A stretch of DNA of 63,507 nt, counting the filler, from Octopus bimaculoides (taxonomy: Eukaryota): NCBI RefSeq assembly GCF_001194135.2. It is 6 parts of 6 records of this genome, joined end to end, with 100 filler letters (N's around TTAATTAATTAA, not from the genome) between each part and the next. Parts side by side here need not be neighbours in the genome. Positions count along the whole stretch, not along the records: positions 20,713 to 47,616 come from NC_068985.1; positions 47,717 to 59,678 come from NC_068986.1; 4 more parts are not named here. One strand, written 5' to 3'. How positions within the stretch are numbered: the first letter of the stretch is position 1; every line of letters begins with the position of its first letter. The translations under genes were made by a program, and so were the position numbers. Shown here piece after piece: positions 33,501 to 47,917 of this stretch. Below the pieces are notes generated by a model. It saw only the letters and a program-made list of their open reading frames with translations, did not search any database and was not told the origin of the DNA.

Positions 33501-36500
33501 NNNNNNNNNNNNNNNNNNNNNNNNNNNNNNNNNNNNNNNNNNNNNNNNNNNNNNNNNNNNNNNNNNNNNNNNNNNNNNNNNNNNNNNNNNNNNNNNNNNN
33601 NNNNNNNNNNNNNNNNNNNNNNNNNNNNNNNNNNNNNNNNNNNNNNNNNNNNNNNNNNNNNNNNNNNNNNNNNNNNNNNNNNNNNNNNNNNNNNNNNNNN
33701 NNNNNNNNNNNNNNNNNNNNNNNNNNNNNNNNNNNNNNNNNNNNNNNNNNNNATATATATATATATATATATATAGTCACACATGCACATATATATTCAG
33801 GTCTATGAATATATGAGTTTCTGTGTGTGAGCGTGCGTGTGTGCGCGCGCAAACTTGTACAGTTTCGCGTATACTCTACTTCAAAATAAATATTAATCAT
33901 ATGCCAGTAGTTAATTACTTCAAGAAATAATTAACTTTGCAATATAAAAATAGTATATAACTTAAGAAAATAAATTTAAAATATTTTTTTTTTCATTTTA
34001 GTGTTTTATTATTATTCTTTTACTCTTTTACAAAAGCTTTTTAATTGACATCTTTGAAATTATATTAAATTCACTGCAAATTCTGTGAAGTGAGGAACTC
34101 TGGTGACATCTGATGAGAAGTAATCTACCCCATCTCCATAAATTGCTGAGAAAATTCCATCAAATATTTACTGAGCGTATTTTAATTGTATTACAAGAAA
34201 ACTGAGATGATAATGGAAAACATCTATTATCACATCTCGGTATAGAAACTTTCCAACAAAAGAAAAAACACTGGATATAGTTTCAATAAAGAACTTCACT
34301 GTCTGATTGGTTAAGTTAGTGTACTGATAATCCACTAGTCAAGAGTGCTGTCGACAGAATTTCATTATGCTTTTAAGCAATACACACAAGTTAAACATTA
34401 ATCCAATTCTAACAACTTGCCTAGCTTAAAGTTAAATACCACTACTTGTTTCACTGGCTAACAATGACGAAAACACATACACTCCCCTCCACATTGCAGT
34501 GAAATTAATAATTCAGTCACAGCTCTTCAAATTGCACACCTGCACTGTCTTTTACCAATAACAACACCGCCATAACAATAACAAAAATAAAGAAAAAATC
34601 AGCAAGAGATCTTATACAAAGCTAATTTATCATCTAGAATTAACACCCAAATTCTATAGCATCTAAAGGACCTGCATATAGTCACTAGACATAAGATAAA
34701 GAGTACATAAATTAAGCATATAGTTACCGTTAGAACGACATCTATGTATTCACAGCTGGCATTTGGTTCAACAGCAGTCAAATGAAAATATTCCCCAAAT
34801 TATATTAATTGTTAATGTTCTTGAGCATCTACATTTACATGACTATCAGCTGCTCCTTAATAGCTGAAAATGAGAGCGCTGTTGGCAATAATAAATGACA
34901 AGCACATCGCTTGCTTTCGGTGCTCATCTTACCTTTTGCCATAAACTTATCTTTGCACGTAGCTCTTTCGGGTATTTAGCATATTAGATTTCGTTTGTAA
35001 GCTTCGAAGCCCTTTCCCTAAACTCACAACTTTTCGCCTTCCTCCCAATTGATTTTCACATACTGACGAATACCAAAGATGTCATCTTCCTCTGATCAAA
35101 CCTTCACAACTATATTTAACACTCAGCCCTCATTTACCCGCGTGTGGCTAAATAACATGTGGCTCTGAAATTAAAGATTTATTCAGTATCTTTTAGAATG
35201 GTAAACAATATCGGCGAGTTTTTGGATTATGAATGAAGCACTAACAATAAAGCGGTCTTATTCTTACTGTATCAGTTACACCAGAAAGAACAGGATAACC
35301 GTTGTTTCATCTTCTAACATACCCCGATTTCTGTAACTATAAAGCGATATAAACACTAATTACACGGATTCACACCTATTACGATCACAGTAAAACTGAT
35401 GTTATTCTAAAATTCAATCGATATTCCTAATCAATATTCACGTGGATCACTTGTTTGCAACGCGCACTCAATAAGAAAACCATTAAAAGTTATTCACAGA
35501 AAATATGCATTTGTGAATTGGCAAATTCCATTAATAAAAGGTTTATTTCACTTTTTCAGATTATCAAGGTGAAATATGAGAAAAATTTGTTTGCTAACTT
35601 TTGCACTAAGAAAATACAAAAACTTTGTGTGATAGAGACATTGTTGTTTTCTGTTTATCCTCACAGTTTAATAACTACATTCAATCAATGTCTCTCCTGT
35701 TTTGTTTCTTGTAAGGTTTGTAAACACTTAATTTTGTTTGTGTTTTTCTTGTAGACGTAGATATTTGGGACTACGTTTTTGTGGCTTACCCTCTTTAAGA
35801 TGCCATAGAGTAGTTGAGGAGGATTTTATTGCCATTTGCAAGATATCAAAAGGCGAAACACTCCTCTCATTGATCGCTTTGTTATTAATTTACCCAAGTG
35901 GTTTCAATTTATTACCTTCATAGTGCCAAATAATCTGATACATTTTTTTTCTTTCCCGAATTCTTGGACATTTTGTAAACGTTTCTACTGTTGCTTTTGC
36001 TGTTTCATATCACGTCAGTGCGTAAAAGAAATCTAAACATAGAAATCCAAATTTTATTGCTGGAAATGTGTGTTTAGGATCTTCTTATCTAATATTTAAT
36101 ATGTTAAAAGTTACAATAATAGTTTTTACTTGCTATTTTCACCAGATTGTGACACTTACCACAAGTTCACTTGTTGCTTCGTTGCCATCATTGATTATTG
36201 CAGCTGCATAATATGCATTTTGGTTTTAATTTTAGTTTTGGATCCGACAGAACTGCATCGATTATTTTCAGAGGTGACATTAGTTCCAAATGAATACATG
36301 TGAGTGTCTCAAAGGTAGAACACAAAGGTCAGATATTAGTAAGAAAAGGAAAACAATCTCCTCACGCCGTATCCAAATGGTTTGCGTCAGCAGAGACTTT
36401 TCGCTCATGAAGAGTTTATTGGAGAAAAATCCTGGAGACAACTGATTGTGAGTTAAACTAATTTAATCTTTCTTTTATGCATATGGGAAAAGGGACCACC

Positions 36501-36559
36501 AGATGTTAATGGCAAGACTCAAAATTCTCCCTGCTCTTTTTTTATTACATGCTAATGAA

Positions 36560-36915
36560 ACATCTTTAAACCATGAAACACTGGCTTAGCCATCCTACAT
36601 AACAAGATATTTTCGCTCGAAGAACCGGAAGATAATCTCTTGTTATTCGAGAAAACGATTCTTCTCCAATTTCTTGCTGAACACTCGTGCGTAAATGATT
36701 GCTTATAGTGTCCAAATGCCTGTGCTGTACATGAGTTTCCCGAAGTCAGCATTGCCTGTTCAGATACACGGTGTAGTACACGTGAGGCGTCGAAGTGTTT
36801 GGAGACCAGCTTGAGATGAAGTATTTTTCTCAAGACGAAAACACACCTCCCTGTCCAAGAATTGAAACCACGATTTCACAATCGTGAGTGCAACATCCTA
36901 ACCACTGCTTCATTC
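36560..36915 (-). mobile_element. Diverged SINE-like element with a family-E-like head
   Basis: gaattgaaaccacgatttcacaatcgtgagtgcaacatcctaaccactg resembles the reverse complement of the family E head. The body is not matched elsewhere. Confidence 0.5.
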
Positions 36916-39900
36916 GCCCTCACTTTATTATATCAAAATATCATAGAAGTAGAATTTGTATTCATAAAGTATTTCGGAACTCATCTTGCAGCCAAATCTA
37001 AATCGAATTCACCTAACAAAAAACAATAAATAACAATGCATATACGTTGTAAAGTGTGAAATATAAAACATAGAGAACGCTGAAGGCCGTGAGATTCTTT
37101 GTCTTTCCATAGTAAAACGTAGACAGGTCAATAAGCAAAGAAAGGAGCATCACTTGTTTATACTGTTGTTCTGCTCTTGTGTTTATACCAGTTTCTAAAT
37201 TTGTAATACACACACACACACACACATACACATATTATCTTCGTTTGTTTGTTCAGCCTTACGCATGGAAAAAATACAACTTGTATGAGAGTAAATTATA
37301 TACCGTCGAATGAATCTCAACGGTATTGGTTGAGTTATGTTTTAAGGAAATGCTGAATAGAGATTCGGTAAGTTAATTACTGTAATGAAAATAGGAGCGG
37401 AAAAAAGGTTTTACACCAAATATTTCTCATTGAATGTTATCATGTTGAGAACATTAATGGTTTCTGCTACACAGCTTAGAAGACCGTGGTGTATGGATCG
37501 AATAGGGGTAAGAATAATTACGAATGTACAACATCAAAGCGTTCATCTGACTACAACATGTTTGAGATGAAGATTGCATTATCTCATTCGTCCTTTCATA
37601 AATTAAGAGATTCGGATGTGGTCTGAAGGAAACTGGGCTGTTATTTCTAGTCATTAGTGCAACCGGGTACAACTTCTTCATTTGTTATCAGGTAAGTCCT
37701 TCATATTTAACAGCGTAGCTAGCTGCTTAATGAAAAAAAATATCTATTGTAAAATTAATTTCAAGTATAACAAAGAAAAATGCAAAAACATAATTTTACT
37801 AATGAAATCTATTTAGTTATATAATAGACTGTTTGTACATAATTAGCTATAATACACACAATTAACCTTCCTAATGATCTTCGTATTATTGTAACAAAGT
37901 ACAAGATATGCCATAATGAAATAAAAGTCGACAATATTTTTAAAGACGCAAACATTTTACCCATATCACATTACTTAATTTTGTCAATTTATATCAAGTT
38001 TCAATGTTATTTCATTAGATTAGAAGTGTTTGTATTAATCAATACGTGTATAAGAACATATATACATAGCATGTGAATATAAATCAATTGTGTGTGGAAG
38101 TATAGTTTACAAAACCGTATTATATATCATGGTTCGTGTGTAACTTCTTTCTTTCACATTTGATATAACTTTAATATGATGCGTACATACACAAACGTGT
38201 GAGTATCTGCGTCTGACAAAGAAATAAACTGTTAATTTGTGGCTATGACCTCAGTAATCCATAGAGAAACGTAAACAAACTCTATTTAGTGCAAAGAAAA
38301 CGAAGTAATTAGCAATTCATTTCTAAACCGTTCAGCTATTAAGAGCATAGGAAATGCAGTTATCAGAGCTAATCAAAATGCCTAATAACTTGACTAGCAA
38401 CTGGTGTTGTCAAGTGCATCAGCTGATTGGCAAAACTAATAATTGATGCAACGTCATCTGTGTGTTCGAGGCTCATTTCTAGTTTGGAATAAGTGGCAAA
38501 CACAAACATAAAATTCTTGTTACCAAGGAAACGAAACTCTATTATTTGTAGATATGGATGGCCTCGATTGAAACTCAATGTATTAAAAAAAAAATGTCTA
38601 TTCGATGGAAGATGCAGGAAGAGATAACTAGAGATAAATAGAAAGAGAATATTAAAGTGAAAGTGAGACAGAGAAGGAGAGAGTTATATATTATCAGTTG
38701 CATTAGTTTCATTAAAGTGTTCTTGTTGAACTCAGCTGTTTACTTTGGATGATAAAGCAGGGAAACAGGTGTCAAGTGTTATAGTGGGAGAAATAATGGT
38801 ACGTGAGGCAGATGTAAAGAAAATGGTATTCATAAACTGCACCAATAAACATCAACACACCTANNNNNNNNNNNNNNNNNNNNNNNNNNNNNNNNNNNNN
38901 NNNNNNNNNNNNNNNNNNNNNNNNNNNNNNNNNNNNNNNNNNNNNNNNNNNNNNNNNNNNNNNNNNNNNNNNNNTATATATATATATATATATTGACACC
39001 ACCCACGACCATGTATGTATACACGCTGAAAATAAAATAACGATATAAATAAGCAGTAAATTTTCTTGTTGATTAAAAGGAATACAAAAGAAAATAACTT
39101 TGAAGGAAAATATTAACATGTTCAAATTGTAAAGTATTTCGTAGATTGACAAGTAATAAAATGTTCAAAGATACACAACCGAGTATACAATGCCCGCTCT
39201 CTATTCATGTTCAAATATCAACAACGAACAAAAAGCCTATCGATTTCTTTACACTTAACTGTAGAAGGCGAATCATTAATGTTTTAGAGTCATTGTCATT
39301 TATTTTTTGCGTAAATTTGAAGAGGAATTACATGTAACCCAGTACACAGGCATATACACATATATACGTTAATGGAAATGTTTCAACTAAATGAGAATTT
39401 GAACTTAGCATCTTACTTAATTGGCTCTCAATTCATTTTATATTTATTCACAGATATCCACGGTGTTTATGAAGTTGAACCGGAAGAGTGGTTACAGAAT
39501 CAGATAAAATACTTTGCTACAATCTTTCCGGTTTTTCTGTGTTCCGAATTCAAATTTCACCAGGAAAATTTATGTTTCTGAGTTGAAAACTGTACTAAAC
39601 TAGTGCTAGTACAGCACTCTATATCTTCCTCCCTCTCCCTCGCGTCCAGTGCATCACATTCTCAATGTATCACTGGATCAAGAGTGAAATGACTGCAAGT
39701 GGCCCTGTTTATTCACAATGCATGAACACCTGAACAAAAGAAATACCTTGGAACGTTATTCCAAATGCGAATAATGGCTGCAATATCTTTATGATCTAAT
39801 GAAATGAAAACCTTTTTCTATGTCTTCTACGAAAAACATTGAATTCCTGCTTCAACACTATGGTCAATATCTATGCAGAAGTCCCATAAATGTCTACAAA

Positions 39901-41186
39901 ACATAGACAGTGCACCAATATGGCAGTAGTCCAACGATTGAAACAATTGAAATAAAATCAAAGTAGAGCATCTAGATCTAACTGGTGGTCATACGAATTT
40001 GGTATCATTTCATATCCACTAAACAGCGTTAAATCCCGTTGCACTCATTTACTGACATTCTCATAGCATTGAGTGTACTATTTTTGTCCTACGACATTGG
40101 ATCCAATTTAACAACCGCTTAAAGGTTTGGTCTTCATTTCATTGATTCTACATTTGCACTGCGAGGTTTATTCAATCTTTGCCTTTATCAAGTTCGTTCT
40201 CAACGGCTATTATCAGCCATTCACTTTCATCAAAGCTTTTCATTTTTCGCTCACAGGTAGCGTTCTCAGTTTATTCTATGAATTAGCAAGGTAATTCTGT
40301 TTCTTTCCAGCTACAGTTCCTGTTGTTCTTCGACATGTCTCTCAATTCTCCTTCTCGTCCATCGATTTCTTTGATATGTCTCGTCTCGATCATATAAATT
40401 ATGTATCTATATATGCGTCTATGTTTGTATGTGCATAAGTGTGTGTGCGTGTCGTGAGTGTATGAAATTATACTAAAAGAAATTACGGTGAATAAATGAA
40501 CTTCCAATGGAATTATAAGATTATCATAGTAATATAGAAAGCAAAATGCACACAGCGACGCAGGTAAAGTATAACTGATCAAAACCTCAGTATGTATGTA
40601 TGTATATATGTATGTATGTATATATGTATGTATGTATTATGTATGTATGTATGTAAGTGTGTGTATGTATGTATTATGTAGGTATGTATGTCTGTATGTA
40701 TGTATGTATGTATGTATAAATAAGTGTCCTTGTTTGTCCCGTTTATGTTCAGTCCCTTGTGGGAAATTCAGAAAGAAAATATATATTTATATGCATACAA
40801 TGTATACAATGTTGATTGTTTCATTTTCAATTATATTTGTTATCACCTTGTGTTGTTCAGTCTCTCTGCTGATTGGTAAGATGTCTTACTTGTCAAGCGT
40901 GCACTCAGCGACAATCTACCAGCACCATGGTCCTTTAGATAGATTGATTGACATAAGTGTTATTCATAATGTATAGCCTGTGTGTCACTGTATTTCAATG
41001 ATAAACACCTCGGTGGGTAGTGCCTGGTCACAGGCCGCAGCCTGGCGAGCACCGGGTACGTGAAATCCCAGAGTTTACCATTACTAGAAGGATGATGAGA
41101 TATCAATTAAGGGTCCCTAAGATACAGACGTTTTACAGTGCACTCTGATACCAACAGAACTTAGTTTCATGTTGGTAGATTTATAT

Positions 41187-41545
41187 GGTCGTGGTACTCC
41201 GTCGGCTACGAAAACAAGGGTTTCAGTTGATCTGATCAATGGAACAGCCTGCTCGTGAAATTAACGTACAAGTGGCTGAGCACTCCAAAGACACGTGTTC
41301 TCCTAACGTAGTTCTCGAGGAGATTCATTGTGACACATAGTGTGACAAGGCTGGCTCTTTGAAATACAGGTACAACAGAAACAAGAAGAGAGAGAGAAAG
41401 TTATGGTAAAAGAGTACATCAGGGTTCGCCACCAACCCCTGCTAGAGTCGTGTGGCGCTTATGGTGTTTTCGCTCAATAAACACTCACAACGCCCAGTCT
41501 GCGAGTTCACTGCCCTAACCACTGGGCCCTTGCGCCTCTACATTT
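41187..41545 (-). mobile_element. SINE family E (tRNA-like head)
   Basis: gtgaaattaacgtacaagtggctgagcactcc..gtgttttcgctcaataaacactcacaacgccc..ccctaaccactgggcc; homologous to 57238-57605 and 61810-61925. Confidence 0.88.
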
Positions 41546-42404
41546 ATATGGTAATTGCCTTAAGAGTGTGATCTTCCCAGTTGCTACTATTCCATGTCAT
41601 AGCAGAGTGGGGAACAACAGTGACTAAGGAATGGTTTCACACACCTGAAAACGATAGATATCTCGAATCAAGGCTCTAACTGGAAGCCTTATCCTGCCGT
41701 GCTAACGTTAATATATACAAATACATGTACACTCACATATACATACATATATATATATATANNNNNNNNNNNNNNNNNNNNNNNNNNNNNNNNNNNNNNN
41801 NNNNNNNNNNNNNNNNNNNNNNNNNNNNNNNNNNNNNNNNNNNNNNNNNNNNNNNNNNNNNNNNNNNNATATATATATTTAATATACGGTAGTGAGGACA
41901 AAAATGTAAATACATTGATCTACAGTAGTTTACCTGGGAATAGAAAAGAATTACAAATTTTGTCGGATACAAACACCTTAAAGTTATAACTTCTGTGACC
42001 TCATATCAACCGAATCGTTGACTAACCCTTCACACTCACTTTCTGCCATGATTTTCTCTTTCCAAATATGTTCCCTTTTAGAGTTACAAAAGATATTCAT
42101 GGCATACCAATTCAGCTCGTTATTGTATCTTAATTTATTCAATTATTCAATATATTCTGTGTGAGTGATAGAAACGTCGCATTTTCACCTTGTTTATAAT
42201 TAAAATATGTACATTGGCTGCAAAGGGTTAATTAAAATGGAAAATTGTCAAACAAATCAACTATATTAACTCAGATCCTTAGCACAAATATAGAGAACAT
42301 TTTCAGTGTTATTTTCGTCATTGTTGCACAGAAGCAGAATATATACATTTATATATTACATGTTGGAGAAATTTATAACATATTTATATATTGTATATTG
42401 CATT

Positions 42405-42610
42405 CAAATTTTGTCCCAAGCCCAGCAATTTAGAGGCAGGTAAGTTGATTACGTTGACCCCAGAGCTCAAGTGGTGCTTAGTTTCTTCCTCCCAGTATGA
42501 GGATATGTAAAGTCGACCTCAGTAGAATTTGTATTCAGAACACAAAGAAACGAACGAAAAGCCGTTAAACATTTTGCCCGTTGTGCAAACGATTCTGGAA
42601 GACCACCGCC
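42405..42610 (-). mobile_element. SINE family D, diverged
   Basis: gtaaagtcgacctcagtagaatttgtattcagaacac..aaacattttgcccgttgtgcaaacgattctgg. Confidence 0.75.
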
Positions 42611-44324
42611 TGAAACGAATTTATACTTTATTAGTGATAAGGTAGATAAAATCTTACCATGGATTGGTAGTTATGAATATATTAAAAATTATATTAACCA
42701 AATTTTAAAAATTGTTACAAAAATTGTTAAAAAAAAAAGAATAGGGATCAGGGGTTTCAAACGTGAAATATTTATTTTTACCAATTCACTTCTCTAAACT
42801 GCGTTTAGAGAAATGGCTTCTACATATGAGTGTGTGTTATTACATACAAGAAAATCACTTTTGATCCAGACCAAACAGAATTAAAATAATAGAAATAGAA
42901 ATAATCTAAATTATATCCAAGCTGTGAACAGTTCATCATTCATTTAGACATCTTTTGTTCGTGATTACGTTATTTTATTGCTACGTAATTAGTTTATTCC
43001 TTTCTTGTTTAAAGATGTCGAGAGCAACCTCAAAGAGGCTTCGTTACTATTTCGAAACATTTCGTCACCCAAGAAGAGGTGGTAGTTTCAGTGAAGTAGT
43101 TATTCGCCTCAAAAATCAAAGACTGATATGAGAGTCGGATAAAATAATTGAGAGAAAAGTTGCCTCACACAGTGCAACACAATTGCCTCTATTTTGAATA
43201 CTAGGCTTCACTCTTTGGAACTTGACGAAAGAAGCAAATAAGTTATCAAAATATTGCAAAACATTTAATTCAGCCCAATACTCAAATTATGCGGTGTTGA
43301 ACTACTATGCTTACCTTCCCGTCTCTTGCATATTTTCTTTCGAAGACTGTGCATATAATTAACACAACTAATTTACCAAAATAATATCAAAAAAGAAGCG
43401 GAAATTCTTAATCAAAGTCGTATTTTACTCGAATATTTCATGTGCCTATATCTCATATGGGAAGGCAAAATAACTGTAGTGTATATAATTAAAATTAATG
43501 AGAATATGTTATCAAAATGTTTACAAGGAAGTCTAAGGGGGAAGAAATGATATTTAAAATAATTACATTCATACTAGTGTGATAAACGTGTTTTTGAAAG
43601 AACCTTTTCTGTTGTCTCTTTATATAATTTAAAATAAAAAAGCATTAAAATTTGCAGAACAGAAAATGCTCTCCGATATCTCATGATTTCTCTTCAGATC
43701 CTAGTTTCAAATATTGCCGATATTAATGTTGTGCTTCCCTGCTTTCGTGGCTGCTGAAATATGTAAGGAATTACTGATTCCTTGTAAAAAAATCTATACC
43801 TGCATTACCGTTCTATACTGCACAGTATAAATTGTAGCTGTGACTTCTGCATCCCTAGAGTTAACTAAAATCTCTATGGAATATATGCTCCAGCATAGAA
43901 TAGCATTTAGATATCTAACACTCTAGTACGGTGATAGACTGATCCTTCTTGTCAAACCTGTGGCCTTTTACCAAAAATGCACGGAATTGTTATTCAATAC
44001 TTGATATTTGGTATATTTTTTTCCTTTACCCTATTTTGGCATTGTCTGAACTGTCTGCAAGAATCGCTTTGAATTTTGGCTCAGTTCAATATTGATCTAT
44101 CATCGATGAATATGTTAATAGCTGTGTTGACGACTATGGAATTGTTTTTTTTTTCCCTTCTGGTTATAAGCAGTTGTATAGAATATAAGTATTAATATGT
44201 CACATGCAAAGGTTATAGAGCATTCTTTCTGGAACAATTCTATACAGTTTCTGTATAATATACTTTTAATGTTAGTATCTCGTCTCCAGCTGTTGTTATC
44301 CACATTTCAATTATTGTTTCTCAT

Positions 44325-44448
44325 TATCATCACCATCATCAACATCATCATCATCATCCCCATCATCATCACCATCATCATCACAATCATCATCACCACT
44401 ACCATCATCATCATCATCATCATCATTATCATCATCATCAACATCATC
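44325..44448. repeat. (CAT)n microsatellite
   Basis: Imperfect catcatcat run; explains the poly-I and poly-D ORFs. Confidence 0.95.
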
Positions 44449-45159
44449 TAGTTTGTATATGTGTACGTACAAACATAAGCACACGCGCGCACACACTCAC
44501 ACATACACACACATACACACACATATATGCGTCCTTACATAAAAATGGCACTGTAATGTTGATCAAAATAATATTTTGAAACTGAGCTATATTTGTAGCA
44601 GCAGCTTGAAACTATAACAATGGACCATTACAATGATGATAGAGATCTGGTTTAACGTTCATTTTCTTTCATTCTGCTTTATTTTTATTTTCCATTATAC
44701 CAATATATTTAATAAAATACCATTTTCCATAATATTGATAATATTTTTCACGTTGTTAACGCTGAATTGTTTGTAGTACTTGTGGGACAGGTGACACACC
44801 TATATTGTTGTTTTGGTTGTTGACATTCTGGTTGATATTGCATTTTGTCCCCAGTTGACTCTTTATGAAGAGAACCTATATTTACAAATGCGTTCTGGTG
44901 GTGCCCATCCCGTCTACAATTATTTCTGGCGCTGAATATTTATCAACGAATTAGTTATTAAGATCATTATTTTTGTAAATGATCGTTAAAGCACCTGAGT
45001 GAGAGTTAGAAACTAATTTTAGCAATCGGATAACGATTCTTGGTTAACGGAATCAAATCAAATATCTAAGTGATCCATTAAAATTATTAACATCATTTAT
45101 TCGTTATATTATAATACTCTTCTCTTACAATAACTCGTTCTGATAACACTCAGTCACGT

Positions 45160-45285
45160 ACACAGCGTTTCGGCTGATATACCATCCAGCCTGCATTAGG
45201 TGTCTTCGGGAAAATATTATTTAGTTCACTGCCTGGAATCGAACTCGGAATCTTCTGGTTAGTATCCCGCGCATTTAACCACTAC

Positions 45286-45287
<2 letters not shown>
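45160..45287 (-). mobile_element. Family H short copy: tRNA-like head joined almost directly to a mutated hammerhead motif
   Basis: Minus: cgtagtggttaaatgcgcggg..gagttcgattccaggcagtgaactaaataat..GACAC-CTAATGC-A-GGCTG..CAGCC-GAAA-CG-CT-GTGT. Confidence 0.85.
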
Positions 45288-45335
<48 letters not shown>

Positions 45336-45337
<2 letters not shown>

Positions 45338-46405
45338 GAGAAAGATAGGATACAGCATACACAAATGAAAGAAAAAATAAAGAAAGAGTACTATAGACGA
45401 GTTAGATCAATACTAAAAACAGAGCTCAATGCTAAAAACAAGATAATGGGTATCAACACTTTAGCTGTCCCAGTTATAAGCTACAGCTACAACATCCTTA
45501 TCTGGACACTAAACGAACTATGTAAAATAGACAGGAAAACAAGAAGAATAATGACAGGATATAGGATGCACCACCCAAAATCTGACGTAGAAAGGCTATA
45601 TATACAACGCAAAGAAGGTTGCAAGGATCTTATACAGCTAGAAAACTATTATAAAATAACCACCATAGGACTGCAAAAATACCTACTCCAGAAGCAAGGG
45701 AAACGAATACAAATAGCCACAAAACACGAGCAAAACAAAAAACTGTTTTCAGTATTTAAGGAAGCTGACAAANNNNNNNNNNNNNNNNNNNNNNNNNNNN
45801 NNNNNNNNNNNNNNNNNNNNNNNNNNNNNNNNNNNNNNNNNNNNNNNNNNNNNNNNNNNNNNNNNNNNNNNNNNNNNNNNNNNNNNNNNNNNNNNNNNNN
45901 NNNNNNNNNGAAGAAGAAGAAGAAGAAGAAGAAGAAGAAGAAGAAGAAGAAGAAGAAGAAGAAGAAGAAGAAGAAACAAAAAAAGCTATAAAACAAATGA
46001 AATCCAAACTAAAACTAGAACAGCAACGGACCATGATAAAACGATGGCAAGAAAAGCCCCTACATGGTAAATACTGGGCAAAACTAAATGCGAAAGAAAT
46101 AGACAGAGAAAAATCCCAGCAATGGCTGAGAAGCTCAGTACTCAAAGCAGAGACTGAATGATTTTTAATTGCTGCACAAGACCAGAGCCTCCCCACCAGA
46201 AATTACCAAAAAACACTTAATGAAAATAAATATAACAAGTAACCGTAGAATATGTGGAGATGGGCAAGAAACAATAAATCATATTATCTCTGGCTGCCCA
46301 GTCCTGGCTATGAAGGAATATATTCACAGACACGACAGAGCTGGGACCTATATACACTGGAAGCTATGCCAACACTATGGAATAACAACAGAAAAAAGAT
46401 GATAT
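45336..46405 (+). mobile_element. R4/Dong-like (RLE) non-LTR retrotransposon, 5'-truncated, post-RT and CCHC regions
   Basis: KKEYYRRVRSILKTELNAKNKIMGINTLAVPVISYS..IDRKTRRIMT..HHPKSDVERLYIQRKEG; KRWQEKPLHGKYW..LKAETE*FLIAAQDQSLPTRNY; ICGDGQETINHIISGCPVLAMKEYIHRHDRAGTYIHWKLCQHYG. Confidence 0.92.
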
Positions 46406-47716
46406 ANNNNNNNNNNNNNNNNNNNNNNNNNNNNNNNNNNNNNNNNNNNNNNNNNNNNNNNNNNNNNNNNNNNNNNNNNNNNNNNNNNNNNNNNNNNNNN
46501 NNNNNNNNNNNNNNNNNNNNNNNNNNNNNNNNNNNNNNNNNNNNNNNNNNNNNNNNNNNNNNNNNNNNNNNNNNNNNNNNNNNNNNNNNNNNNNNNNNNN
46601 NNNNNNNNNNNNNNNNNNNNNNNNNNNNNNNNNNNNNNNNNNNNNNNNNNNNNNNNNNNNNNNNNNNNNNNNNNNNNNNNNNNNNNNNNNNNNNNNNNNN
46701 NNNNNNNNNNNNNNNNNNNNNNNNNNNNNNNNNNNNNNNNNNNNGAAGAAGAAGAAGAAGAAGAAGAAGAAGAAGAAGAAGAAGAAGAAGAAGAAGAAGA
46801 AGAAGAAGAAGAAGAAGAAGAAGAAGAAGAAGAAGAAGAAGAAGAACAACAACAACAACAACAATATGGTTGTGCAAGAACAACATGGATGTGCTAGAAC
46901 AACATGGATGTGCTATCAACAGCATGGATGTGCTACACCGGGCTCCCTATACAAAAACAAGTCTAATCCAATAACATCGATGGAATTAGGCAAAAGAACC
47001 GGTGGAAGATTTGAAGGAAGCGGTCTTTTAACGAAGATAATTTTTTTTTAATAATTTTTATTTAAAAAATATGAAATTTTACTGCCATACAAAGCACAGG
47101 TCCTCCTATGCACGATGTCTGAGTGAAACACGTGCGATCACACACGCAAAACCAACACCGGAATGTTTACAAACTATATAAAAAAGAAATGGAACAAAAT
47201 AGTAAGTGCATATATTGAATAATTACGCATACACTCGAACGTGTACACAATGATATAAACGTTTTGTTATCCATAGAACTACACATGCATCTTAATATTT
47301 ACACAACTACGTAAAAATCACAGGACACACTCACGCATACGAAAACACAGGACACACTCACGCATACGAAAACACATATCACAAACGAAGCAAAACCAAA
47401 ACTTTGTTTTTCTTTCTTCTTTATTTTCATTTTGTGAACAAACACCGACAGTGAACCATTCATAAGTTTAAAACGCCACACGCACGCACACACACAAAAA
47501 TACACTATGCCCGGAGATAAATCTATCAACAAAAAAATACAGATGAATACCGATCTGCTAGCCTTAAAAAACTACGCTACGAGCAATGTTTACATGCTGA
47601 GAACTCGGTGACGGTGNNNNNNNNNNNNNNNNNNNNNNNNNNNNNNNNNNNNNNNNNNNNTTAATTAATTAANNNNNNNNNNNNNNNNNNNNNNNNNNNN
47701 NNNNNNNNNNNNNNNN

Positions 47717-47870
47717 CAGAAAATTGCACTACTGGGTACTTCACACATTCTACGCAAAACACTTTCAATACAGTAAACATAAGAGCACCACAGCAAACCA
47801 CAGCACATACCCAAGGCGCACAGAGCTGCGCTCGGTAGTGAAGTGAAAGCGCGTTATAGAAATAAAACTA

Positions 47871-47916
<46 letters not shown>
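47717..47916 (+). mobile_element. R4/Dong-like element 3' end with a (TAA)n flank
   Basis: QKIALLGTSHILRKTLSIQ* (RLE C-terminal motif QK-xLLGT-xILRK), a short UTR, then (TAA)n at 47873-47916. Confidence 0.85.

Positions 47917-47917
<1 letters not shown>

Noticed and set aside
34109-34155. CTGATGA followed by a distant GAAA
   Set aside because: No stems can be formed; chance 7-mer.
37490-37620. MDRIG..FGC resemblance to the natriuretic peptide ring
   Set aside because: Cysteine spacing and order do not fit; a five-residue coincidence.
46855-47370. Short tandem repeats as a CRISPR array
   Set aside because: No unique spacers, no cas genes and a eukaryotic context.
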